Shown in pieces: positions 1 through 8,968 of a stretch of 64,000 nt of DNA. Position 1 is the stretch's first letter, and each line of letters opens with the position of its first letter. Made by a program: the position numbers and the translations under genes. Origin of the DNA: a virus; the IMG/VR virus record IMGVR_UViG_3300047476_001657, positions 29,304 through 93,303 of that record; one strand, 5' to 3'. The notes under the pieces were generated by a model. That model ran no database searches. It was not told where the DNA came from and saw only the letters and a program-made list of their open reading frames with translations.

Positions 1-1173
1 AAAAATAATGTTGACTACAGAAAAAGAAGTGATGCTTTTGAACTAAGACGTGCCAGTGATAATCCATTGATTGAAAATCAAATAGGAAAAACAGATTGGG
101 ATATGTCAAATAAAGTAGTTGGTTTCAATGTTGATATTGGTCCTCAAAATCAAGGTATTTTTATAAGTTTCAATGTTGGACAAGATGCTGGTAAAGCAAC
201 ATCAGAATCTTTAGAAGCTACTAATATGTTAGCAAACCAAGGGAATAATAGAGCAGGTTCTTCTCAAAGTGTTTCATTATATAACTTATATAAAAATAGA
301 AGTTATAGTTGTGACGTTGATATGATGGGTAATGCTTTGATACAACCAACTATGTACTTCAATTTGAGAAATGTTCCAATGTTCAGTGGACCTTATATGA
401 TTTTAGAGGTTAATCATAGTATAAGACCTGGTATGTTTTCAACTAGATTTACAGGTATAAGACAACCAACAGCTGCGTTACCAAAAATTGATAATTTTTT
501 ACAATCTTTAAAACAAAATTTAGTAAAAACAATCATTGAAAAAAATAAACAAGAAAAAGATGCTGCTCAGAAAAAATTAAGTACTAATAGTGTAACAACA
601 AGAACAACAACACCAACTAAGTTGAACGCAGTTGGTTTAGACCAAAATTGTACAGCATCAACTAAATACAGTACTTATGTAGTTGGAACAGCACCTAGTA
701 GTTATGAAACACTACAAAATATTGTTAATCAAATTGCAAGTAAAACTGATAGTGTTCTACTAAGATATTGTATGTTTGCAAGGATTTATTTTATATCAGG
801 TGGAGAAACTATTATTGAGTCATTTGCAAATAATTTTGCTGGTATAACCTTAAATCAAGATTGGGGGCCATCAGAAGCTTATTTTTCAAAATCTAAAAAG
901 TTTTTCTGTACACCTCAAAAAAATCCTATGGTATTCTTTGACACCTTAAATGATCAACTTAATTTTATGTTTGAAAGATGGAGAGGATATCCTACTTCAT
1001 TGAAATTACAAAATAATACTGCTGACATAACAAAATTTGTTGTAATAACTCTCAGTGCTAATTTTAACGAAGGTGAAAACAACTACAAAGCTTATGTTGG
1101 TACTGAAGAATTGAAAAATTTTGAATCAATAGTACAAAAATCAATTGATTTATATAATTCAGTGACAAGATAA
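1..1173 (+). CDS. Baseplate hub-like virion protein, C-terminal part (5' truncated by window), with a possibly degenerate lysozyme/glucosaminidase-like C-terminal domain
   Basis: Frame is open from base 1. Segment CDVDMMGNALIQP...GPYMILEVNHSI...FSTRFTGIR resembles the gp27/VgrG hub C-terminal barrel. ANNFAGI...FFDTLNDQLNF resembles glucosaminidase-type motifs. Confidence 0.5.
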   Translation, partial: KNNVDYRKRSDAFELRRASDNPLIENQIGKTDWDMSNKVVGFNVDIGPQNQGIFISFNVGQDAGKATSESLEATNMLANQGNNRAGSSQSVSLYNLYKNRSYSCDVDMMGNALIQPTMYFNLRNVPMFSGPYMILEVNHSIRPGMFSTRFTGIRQPTAALPKIDNFLQSLKQNLVKTIIEKNKQEKDAAQKKLSTNSVTTRTTTPTKLNAVGLDQNCTASTKYSTYVVGTAPSSYETLQNIVNQIASKTDSVLLRYCMFARIYFISGGETIIESFANNFAGITLNQDWGPSEAYFSKSKKFFCTPQKNPMVFFDTLNDQLNFMFERWRGYPTSLKLQNNTADITKFVVITLSANFNEGENNYKAYVGTEELKNFESIVQKSIDLYNSVTR

Positions 1174-1191
1174 ATTTTTAATCAAATAAAG

Positions 1192-1200
1192 ATATTTATA
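1192..1200 (+). promoter_or_regulatory. Putative late promoter motif ATATTTATA
   Basis: Recurrent TATTTAT motif 12 nt before ATG 1213. Confidence 0.6.
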
Positions 1201-1212
1201 ATAAAAAACAAT

Positions 1213-1437
1213 ATGAGTGTAAAAACTATTCTAGAAAATTACTTAGGAAGACCTGCTCAAACAACTGAAAAAGATTTGGGTGATGGAACTAAACAAGTAT
1301 GTGATTTACAAACAGGTGAATGCTACACTGTTAGAATGAAAGATGGTCTAATTGAAAGAGTTGATAACACAATGAGAACACACAAAAAAATCCAAGTTGA
1401 AACAACAACAGGAATCAAACAATTATTAAACGGATAA
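1213..1437 (+). CDS. Hypothetical protein (74 aa)
   Basis: ATG after an A-rich leader and late motif; tightly packed ORF. Confidence 0.75.
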   Translation: MSVKTILENYLGRPAQTTEKDLGDGTKQVCDLQTGECYTVRMKDGLIERVDNTMRTHKKIQVETTTGIKQLLNG

Positions 1438-1441
1438 AAAA

Positions 1442-2137
1442 ATGAAAATTGATATTAAAATTCTTAACGAAATTAAAAGATATAAAGATATTAATTCTTA
1501 TATAACTGAACAAGATGTTCCACCACCACCTCCACCCGCTGAAGATTTGGGTGCTTTACCACCTCCACCAGCAGGGGATTTAGGGGGAACACCACCTCCT
1601 CCAGCACCAGGAATGGATGCTGCAGCCGGTGCACCTCCTACACCACCACCAGCTCCAGAACCAGTCAATGTTGAAAATGACCCTGAAGTTGAAAAGGTTG
1701 GGGATGAAACTAAAGAAAAGAAAATTAAAGTAACTGATTTAGTTAAAGGTCAAGAGAGTGTTGAGAAGAAACAAGAACAATATTTTGAAAATTTGTTCCA
1801 ACATTTGGATGATTTAGAAAATAAGTTATCTAATATGGATCAAATTATTGATAAGTTAAATTCTATTGAAACTAAAATAGAAAAGTATCGTGTAAAAACA
1901 CCTGAAGAAAAATTAGAACTTAGAACATTAGATTCTGGACCATTTAACCAAAAACTATCACAGTTTTTTGATGAAAAAGAAGATGAATTTGAAGAAACAG
2001 GGAAAGACCAATACATTCTAACCCCAGATGAAGTTGAAAATTATTCACCTAATGACATCAAAAAAAGTTTTAGAGATTTCGAAGATATTGCTGACACTGA
2101 TTCTTTCAATAACAGTGGATATCAAAAAATTTATTAA
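1442..2137 (+). CDS. Pro-rich, acidic coiled-coil protein (possibly head-associated)
   Basis: ILNEIKRYK/ITEQ N-terminus, poly-Pro tract, heptad region. Confidence 0.6.
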   Translation: MKIDIKILNEIKRYKDINSYITEQDVPPPPPPAEDLGALPPPPAGDLGGTPPPPAPGMDAAAGAPPTPPPAPEPVNVENDPEVEKVGDETKEKKIKVTDLVKGQESVEKKQEQYFENLFQHLDDLENKLSNMDQIIDKLNSIETKIEKYRVKTPEEKLELRTLDSGPFNQKLSQFFDEKEDEFEETGKDQYILTPDEVENYSPNDIKKSFRDFEDIADTDSFNNSGYQKIY

Positions 2138-2143
2138 AAGTCT

Positions 2144-2176
2144 ATTTGACAAACTCACGGCTGACACTTACTATTG
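2144..2176 (+). promoter_or_regulatory. Early/middle promoter ATTTGACAA-N16-TACTATTG
   Basis: Same 9-mer and spacing as at 41818, 52305 and 54583; resembles the Bacteroidota -33/-7 promoter; lies ahead of the SSB-RecA operon. Confidence 0.65.
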
Positions 2177-2212
2177 TGTATAATATTTTCTAATTAAAAA
2201 CTTTTTACAATT

Positions 2213-3064
2213 ATGGCGACAAATGCTTTAGATGCAATCTTGGCTCAGTATGAGCAATCACAAAAATCTAGTACACCAACTAACAAAATGTCTCAAGATG
2301 AGAGAATGAAGAAATACTTCGCAGCTCTTCTTAAAGACAATGAAAAACAAGGACAAAAGAGATTAAGAATTCTTCCAACTAGTGATGGTAGTTCCCCCTT
2401 TAAAGAGGTGTGGTTTCACGAAATCCAAGTTGATGGTAAATGGCAAAAATTTTATGACCCAGGAAAGAACGATAACGAACGTTCCCCACTTTCTGAGGTA
2501 TATGAAGAACTTATGGCAACTGGTAGAGATGCTGATAAAGAACTTGCTAAACAATATAAACCCCGAAAATTTTACATCGTTAAATTAATTGACCGTGACA
2601 ACGAACAAGATGGTGTAAAGTTTTGGAGGTTCAAACACAACTACAAAAACGAAGGTATATTAGACAAACTAATTCCTATCTTCCGTGCTAAAGGTGATGT
2701 AACTGACCCTGAAAAAGGAAGAGACATTATCCTTGAAATGACTAAGGCTAAAACCCCTAAAGGTGCCGCATACACTGTTATCCAAACAATTATGTATGAT
2801 GACCCAGCTCCTATTCACGAGAATAAAGAAACAGCAGATAGTTGGGTTAATGATGAATTAACTTGGGCTGATGTTTATTCTAAGAAACCAGTAGAGTACT
2901 TAGAAGCTATCGCAAAAGGTGAAACACCAAGATGGGATAGTGAAAAAGGTGGTTATGTTTATGGAAACTCTGATGCTGGTGAAGTATCTTTCGGTGGTAA
3001 ATCTACACCAACTTATATGGATGATTCTGATGACTTTGAAGTAAGTGGTGACCTACCTTTCTAA
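2213..3064 (+). CDS. Single-stranded DNA-binding protein (T4 gp32-like)
   Basis: LRILP...PFKEVWFH and DVTDPEKGRDI motifs typical of gp32-like SSBs; acidic tail ending DLPF; next to RecA. Confidence 0.8.
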   Translation: MATNALDAILAQYEQSQKSSTPTNKMSQDERMKKYFAALLKDNEKQGQKRLRILPTSDGSSPFKEVWFHEIQVDGKWQKFYDPGKNDNERSPLSEVYEELMATGRDADKELAKQYKPRKFYIVKLIDRDNEQDGVKFWRFKHNYKNEGILDKLIPIFRAKGDVTDPEKGRDIILEMTKAKTPKGAAYTVIQTIMYDDPAPIHENKETADSWVNDELTWADVYSKKPVEYLEAIAKGETPRWDSEKGGYVYGNSDAGEVSFGGKSTPTYMDDSDDFEVSGDLPF

Positions 3065-3079
3065 AATTATTATCTAACC

Positions 3080-3109
3080 TGAACCCCATCAAAAGTGGGG
3101 TTCAATTTT
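3080..3109 (+). terminator. Stem-loop TGAACCCCA/TGGGGTTCA (terminator/attenuator)
   Basis: 9-bp perfect stem followed by ATTTT, between ssb and recA. Confidence 0.65.
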
Positions 3110-3128
3110 ATTCCTTAAAAATAAAAAA

Positions 3129-4133
3129 ATGGCAATTAAGAAAAACGACTTTAGTAGTATAAAGAAGAAATTCTCGACTTCTGCTAAATACAAACCCCAA
3201 AGATACTTTGACTTGGGTACTGAATTTTTGGATGCTGTTGGATTACCAGGACCTGCAATAGGACATTTGAATATGTTATTGGGACACTCTGATACTGGTA
3301 AAACTACAGCACTTATTAAAACTGCTGTTGATGCTCAAAGAAAAGGTATCTTACCTGTTTTTATCATCACAGAACAAAAATGGAGTTTTGAACACGCAAA
3401 ACTTATGGGACTACAATGTGAAGAAGTTGTAGATGAAGAAACTGGTGAAATGGATTGGGATGGTTTCTATTTATTCAACAACTCGTTTGAATATATCGAA
3501 CAAATTACCGATTATATCAATGACTTATTAGATGCACAAGAGAAAGGAGATTTGGAATACAGTTTATGTTTTATGTGGGATTCTGTTGGTTCAGTTCCTT
3601 GTAAAATGACATATGAAGGTAAAGGTGGTAAACAACACAATGCTTCAGTCCTTGCTGATAAGATTGGTATGGGTATCAATCAAAGAATCTCAGGTAGTAG
3701 AAAAGCTGAATCCAAGTTTGAAAATACTTTAATTATTGTAAACCAACCTTGGGTAGAATTACCTGATAATCCATTTGGACAACCAAAGATTAAAGCAAAA
3801 GGTGGTGAAGCAATTTGGTTGAACTCTTCTTTGGTATTTTTGTTTGGTAATCAAAAAGGTGCTGGTACAACTAAGATTACAGCTACCAAAGACAAAAGAA
3901 CTGTTAAGTTTGCAAGTAGAACAAAAGTATCTGTATTGAAAAACCACATTAATGGTTTGGGTTATGACGATGGTAAAATTATTGTTACCCCTCATGGATT
4001 CTTATCAGGGAAAGATGCTGCTGAAGAAAAATCTTCTATTGAAAAATATAAGAAAGAGTATGCTGAATATTGGAAAGAATTGTTAGGTTTGGAAGGAGAT
4101 TTTGATTTAAAAGAAGAAAAAGAATATGAATAA
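3129..4133 (+). CDS. recA: RecA/UvsX-like recombinase
   Basis: Walker A GHSDTGKT, Walker B FMWDSVG, IIVNQ, KGGEAI, KVSVLKNH motifs. Confidence 0.9.
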   Translation: MAIKKNDFSSIKKKFSTSAKYKPQRYFDLGTEFLDAVGLPGPAIGHLNMLLGHSDTGKTTALIKTAVDAQRKGILPVFIITEQKWSFEHAKLMGLQCEEVVDEETGEMDWDGFYLFNNSFEYIEQITDYINDLLDAQEKGDLEYSLCFMWDSVGSVPCKMTYEGKGGKQHNASVLADKIGMGINQRISGSRKAESKFENTLIIVNQPWVELPDNPFGQPKIKAKGGEAIWLNSSLVFLFGNQKGAGTTKITATKDKRTVKFASRTKVSVLKNHINGLGYDDGKIIVTPHGFLSGKDAAEEKSSIEKYKKEYAEYWKELLGLEGDFDLKEEKEYE

Positions 4134-5130
4134 GTTAAAAGTTATATCACTATTTTCAGGTTATGGTACACAAGAATTGGCACTAAAATATATTGGTGTT
4201 GATTTTGAGAATGTTGCAAATTGTGACATACTTAAAACTGCGAATATTGCTTATGATTCTTTACACGAAACGACAATGGGTAACTTGGGGGACATCTCTA
4301 AAGTAAATGAGAATGAGTTCCCCCAATGTGACCTACTTACATACTCATTTCCTTGTCAAGACATTTCAATATCAGGTATTCAGAAGGGTATTCAAAAAGG
4401 TACAAGAAGTGGTTTGTTATATGAGGTTGAAAGAATCTTAACGAAGAATCAACCCAAGTATCTTTTGATGGAGAATGTTAAGAACTTGGTATCTCATAAC
4501 CACATTGATAACTTCAAAGCACATATTTCATTCTTAAATGAGTTAGGATATGGTTGTTCTTGGCAAGTATTAAATGGTGCTGACTATGGATGTCCACAAA
4601 ACAGAGAAAGAGTTTTTATGATGTCTGTTTATGGGATGACAAATGAAGAAGTGGAAACTAAAATGCTCAATGTTAATAGGTACAAAAAGGATAGAGTACC
4701 AATGAGACCATTCATAGAAAATGTTGTCATAGACGACTTATTTATTGAATGTGAGGTTACACCTAACAAACCAAAAAAAGATAGTGTGTGCAAACTTGTG
4801 GCAAGGAGAAACGATGTAAGTTACGACCAAGCAAGACGTATATATTCTATTGATGGTTGTTCACCTTGTTTAACAACCACTGGTTCACCACAAATTATTG
4901 TTGATGGAAGAATAAGAAGTATAACAGGAAGAGAAGCTTACAGATTTATGGGTGTTAGAGAAGAAGATATTGATTTATTGTTATCAACAAACTTGACAAT
5001 AAAGAATCACGTTGCTTTGGCAGGTAACTCCATTTGTGTTCCTGTCATGGAAGCAATCTTTACAGAGTTCTTAGGTGAGTATATCACAGAAACAAAAAAA
5101 TCGTTCACACAATTAAGTTTATTTAAATGA
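4126..5130 (+). CDS. DNA (cytosine-5)-methyltransferase
   Basis: Motif I LFSGYG, IV SFPCQ, VI ENV, VIII QNRER, X AGNSI; C-terminal QLSLF. Confidence 0.93.
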   Translation: MNKLKVISLFSGYGTQELALKYIGVDFENVANCDILKTANIAYDSLHETTMGNLGDISKVNENEFPQCDLLTYSFPCQDISISGIQKGIQKGTRSGLLYEVERILTKNQPKYLLMENVKNLVSHNHIDNFKAHISFLNELGYGCSWQVLNGADYGCPQNRERVFMMSVYGMTNEEVETKMLNVNRYKKDRVPMRPFIENVVIDDLFIECEVTPNKPKKDSVCKLVARRNDVSYDQARRIYSIDGCSPCLTTTGSPQIIVDGRIRSITGREAYRFMGVREEDIDLLLSTNLTIKNHVALAGNSICVPVMEAIFTEFLGEYITETKKSFTQLSLFK

Positions 5131-6134
5131 TTAAAACATTATTGGTTGATGGTAACAATCTTATGAAGATAGGTTTTCATGGGGTCAAAGATTATTATCA
5201 CAATGGTAATCATATTGGGGGTATATGGCACTTCCTAAATACAATTAGAAGATTCATTGAAGAACACAACTTTGATAAAATAGTTGTTTTTTGGGATGGC
5301 GAGGGAAACTCAAGCAAGAGAAAAATTTTATACCCCCAATATAAAGAAAACCGAATCCAAGAACAAAACGAGTTTAAAGTTCAATCTTTCACTTTCCAAA
5401 AAGAGAGGGTAAAACAATATTTGGAGGAAATGTTTGTAAGACAAGTTAATGTTGATAATAATGAAGCAGATGACTTGATTGCTTATTATTGTCAAATTGC
5501 TGAGAATGAAAAGATTACCATTTTTTCATCTGACAAAGATTTAACCCAACTTATATCCGAGAATGTTTCAATTTATTCCCCATCGGCAAAACAAATGTAT
5601 AGAAATGGGGACAAAATAAAATTGAAAGAACACGAGATTCCTCATAATAATATTTTAACTTACAAGATATTAACTGGTGATAAATCGGATAATATTGATG
5701 GAATATATTATTTGGGTGATAAAACTTTATTTAAATTATTTCCCGAACTACTTGAACAAGAACTTACAATTACCGATATTTTATCTAAGGCGGAAAACCT
5801 TTTAAAGGAGAATAAAGAAAACTCAGCTTTAAAAAATCTACTGACTGGAAAGACTAAATCAGGGATATATGGTGACGAATACTTTGAAATTAATAAAAAG
5901 ATTGTAGATTTGTCAGAACCAATGATTGATGATGAAGGAAAAGAAGTTGTAGAACTTTATTATACTGAAACATTAGACCCAGATGGTAGGGGACATCGTA
6001 ATCTGATAAAGATGATGATGGAAGATGGTTTCTTTAAATTCTTGCCGAAAGGGGATGACGCTTGGGTAAACTTTGTAAAACCATTTATGAAATTAACAAG
6101 AAAAGAAAAAAACAATTTTAAAACAAAAAAGTAA
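5127..6134 (+). CDS. 5'-3' exonuclease / T4 RNase H (FEN-like)
   Basis: LLVDGNN, VVFWDG, YPQYKENR, EADDLIA, SSDKDLTQL, GDKSDNIDGI motifs. Confidence 0.92.
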   Translation: MIKTLLVDGNNLMKIGFHGVKDYYHNGNHIGGIWHFLNTIRRFIEEHNFDKIVVFWDGEGNSSKRKILYPQYKENRIQEQNEFKVQSFTFQKERVKQYLEEMFVRQVNVDNNEADDLIAYYCQIAENEKITIFSSDKDLTQLISENVSIYSPSAKQMYRNGDKIKLKEHEIPHNNILTYKILTGDKSDNIDGIYYLGDKTLFKLFPELLEQELTITDILSKAENLLKENKENSALKNLLTGKTKSGIYGDEYFEINKKIVDLSEPMIDDEGKEVVELYYTETLDPDGRGHRNLIKMMMEDGFFKFLPKGDDAWVNFVKPFMKLTRKEKNNFKTKK

Positions 6135-6140
6135 AACACA

Positions 6141-6596
6141 ATGAGAGAAATGAATGATGTAACCAAATTGGAATTCTTAATGATGGTCAACGACAACATT
6201 ATTGTTCAAAGATTTTTCAATGTAAGAGATTACAATCCAGATGCAAGAAATTCAGTGGATTTCCATGATTATATGGACGATTTAGTTGGAAGATTGAATT
6301 ACCAACTAAAAATGAAAGCTGTAAGTTATCTATTGGAAAATCAATATGAAATTACAAACAACCCAAACATCCTAAACACTTCCTATGTCGATGGTCCTGA
6401 ATACTTTAACATTTATTTAAAACACGGAGATAGACTACTTTGTCACAGAAGATTCGATGCAAAAATCTACCCCCCAAAGGTTAGATACACAGTTGACATA
6501 AGACAAACAATCAAAGGAATCTTACAAGAATTGACCGGTATTTTCTCTGACAGAGACCTTTCTTACGACTACCTTGGACTTAATACAAGAGTGTAA
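6141..6596 (+). CDS. Hypothetical protein in replication operon
   Basis: 151-aa ORF packed between exonuclease and helicase. Confidence 0.75.
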   Translation: MREMNDVTKLEFLMMVNDNIIVQRFFNVRDYNPDARNSVDFHDYMDDLVGRLNYQLKMKAVSYLLENQYEITNNPNILNTSYVDGPEYFNIYLKHGDRLLCHRRFDAKIYPPKVRYTVDIRQTIKGILQELTGIFSDRDLSYDYLGLNTRV

Positions 6597-6603
6597 TATT
6601 TAT
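6596..6603 (+). promoter_or_regulatory. Putative late-type motif ATATTTAT
   Basis: Motif 20 nt before the helicase ATG. This is an exception, since it precedes a replication gene. Confidence 0.4.
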
Positions 6604-6623
6604 TCATACAGTAAACAAAAAAT

Positions 6624-8003
6624 ATGTCATCTAACAAAAATTTCGATTATTTAGGAAGTTCCTTTCAGATACAACTACTTAATCAAATTGTAGTGGATAA
6701 AGATTTCTCAAGGTCAATTATTGATGTAATAGAACCCAATTATTTTGATAACAAATACTTCAAAATCATCATACAGATGATTAAGGAGTATAGTAAAAAA
6801 TGGGATGGTATTCCTAGTTTTGATACATTGGAACAGATTACAAAATCCGAGTTCCAACAAGAAAATGTTGCCAAAGTGGTAATAGACACAATCAAAAAAA
6901 TTAAGGATGCTCCCATTGAAGGTGGTGATTTTGTACAAGAAAAAGCATTGAAGTTCTGTAAACAACAAGAACTACAAAAAGCGATTACAAAAGCACAGAA
7001 AGTTATTGATGGTGGTGAATTCGAGAGTTATGACACCCTTGAGGAAATGATTCGTGAAGCCTTACAAGTTGGTATTGTTGAAGATGGTATGTTAAACGTT
7101 TTCTCCAACTTGGATGAGGTATTAAATGAGGATTATAGACATCCGATACCAATGGGTATTCCAGGTATTGACAGGTTATTGAAAGGTGGTTTGGCTAAGG
7201 GTGAAATTGGTGTTGTATTAGCACCAACAGGTGTGGGTAAATCCACTATCCTAACCAAGATTGCTAACCACGCTTTCAACCTGGGATATAATGTTCTTCA
7301 AATATTTTTTGAGGATAATCCCAAGGTTATTCAAAGAAAACATTTTACCTTGTGGAGTAAAATCCATCCTGATGATATGTCTAATAAAAAGGAAGAAGTT
7401 TTGGCAAAAGTAAGAGAGATTGAAAGTAAAATGACTAATCACCTTATTTTGGAAAAACTTCCATCTGATACTATGTCAATGACACACATCAAAAATCTTA
7501 TTAGAAAAAAGATTGCAGATGGTATAAAAATAGACATGGTTTTATTAGATTACATTGATTGTGTTGTTCCTGAGAAAAACTTGGGTGATGAATGGAAATC
7601 AGAGGGGTCTGTAATGAGAGGATTTGAGGCAATGTGTCACGAACTTAATCTAGTAGGTTGGACTGCAACGCAGGGTAATAGAAGTTCAATATCTTCCGAA
7701 GTTGTAACAACAGACCAGATGGGTGGTTCTATTAAGAAAGCTCAAGTAGGACACGTAATCATATCGATTGCAAAAACCTTACAACAAAAAGAAATGAAGT
7801 TGGCAACAATTGCGATTACAAAATCAAGAATTGGTGATGATGGAATTATCTTTGAAAATTGTAAGTTTGATAATAGTATGTTGGAAATTGATACTGAATC
7901 TTCGGTAACCTTCTTAGGACACGAAGAACAAAAGGAAGAAAACAACAGACAGAGAATTAAAGATTTATTAGAAAAAAGAAAACAAAGAGAACAAAACATT
8001 TAA
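6624..8003 (+). CDS. dnaB: Replicative DnaB/gp41-like helicase
   Basis: Walker [30 protein letters not shown] (SF4 motifs). Confidence 0.92.
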   Translation: MSSNKNFDYLGSSFQIQLLNQIVVDKDFSRSIIDVIEPNYFDNKYFKIIIQMIKEYSKKWDGIPSFDTLEQITKSEFQQENVAKVVIDTIKKIKDAPIEGGDFVQEKALKFCKQQELQKAITKAQKVIDGGEFESYDTLEEMIREALQVGIVEDGMLNVFSNLDEVLNEDYRHPIPMGIPGIDRLLKGGLAKGEIGVVLAPTGVGKSTILTKIANHAFNLGYNVLQIFFEDNPKVIQRKHFTLWSKIHPDDMSNKKEEVLAKVREIESKMTNHLILEKLPSDTMSMTHIKNLIRKKIADGIKIDMVLLDYIDCVVPEKNLGDEWKSEGSVMRGFEAMCHELNLVGWTATQGNRSSISSEVVTTDQMGGSIKKAQVGHVIISIAKTLQQKEMKLATIAITKSRIGDDGIIFENCKFDNSMLEIDTESSVTFLGHEEQKEENNRQRIKDLLEKRKQREQNI

Positions 8004-8005
8004 CT

Positions 8006-8956
8006 ATGACTGAAAAAATATTAATGGAGAATCCGAATCGTTTTGTGATTTTCCCCATCCAATACCACGACATTTGGGAATACTATAAACAACACCAAGC
8101 GGCATTTTGGACTGCTGAGGAAGTTGATTTAACTGGTGATATCAGAGAGTGGCAGAACTTATCAGAGAACGAACAATATTTTATTAAAAATATTTTATCA
8201 TTCTTTGCTGCATCTGATGGTATTGTAAACGAGAATCTTGCTGAGAACTTTTACAGAGAGGTTCAATACCCTGAAGCTAAGTTTTTCTATGGATTTCAAT
8301 TAATGATGGAAAATATACATTCTTTAATGTATTCTTTATTAATAGATACTTATGTATCAAACCCAAAAGAAAAAGACGAATGTTTCAATGCGATTGACAG
8401 ATTACCTGCGGTTCAAAAGAAAGCTAAATGGGCTTTAGATTGGATAGAAAATGCTTCATTCCAAGAAAGATTGGTAGCTTTTGCTGCAGTGGAAGGTATA
8501 TTCTTTTCAGGTTCTTTTTGTTCAATCTTTTGGTTGAAATCAAGAGGAATTATGCAAGGACTTTGTAACGCCAACTCCTTGATTTTTAAGGATGAAAACT
8601 TACATTGTGATTTCGCAATTCACTTGTTAAACAACCACGTTGAGAACAAACCAAGTGAAAAAAGAATCAAAGAAATCTTGTTATCAGCACTTGAAATTGA
8701 AAAAGAATTCATCACAGAATCATTACCAGTTTCTTTAATTGGAATGAACTCAAACTTGATGAAACAATATCTAGAGTTTGTTGTTGATGGATTATTACTT
8801 AAATTGGGATGTAGTAAACACTTTAATGTGGAACAACCATTCAAGTTTATGGAACAAATTGCAGTTGAAACAAAAGGTAATTTCTTTGAATCTAGAACGG
8901 TTGAATACCAAAAAGCTAAATTGAACGAAACTATTTCATTCACAGACGATTTCTAA
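8006..8956 (+). CDS. nrdB: Ribonucleotide reductase class Ia beta subunit
   Basis: [48 protein letters not shown] diiron motifs. Confidence 0.97.
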   Translation: MTEKILMENPNRFVIFPIQYHDIWEYYKQHQAAFWTAEEVDLTGDIREWQNLSENEQYFIKNILSFFAASDGIVNENLAENFYREVQYPEAKFFYGFQLMMENIHSLMYSLLIDTYVSNPKEKDECFNAIDRLPAVQKKAKWALDWIENASFQERLVAFAAVEGIFFSGSFCSIFWLKSRGIMQGLCNANSLIFKDENLHCDFAIHLLNNHVENKPSEKRIKEILLSALEIEKEFITESLPVSLIGMNSNLMKQYLEFVVDGLLLKLGCSKHFNVEQPFKFMEQIAVETKGNFFESRTVEYQKAKLNETISFTDDF

Positions 8957-8968
8957 AAATTAAAAAAA

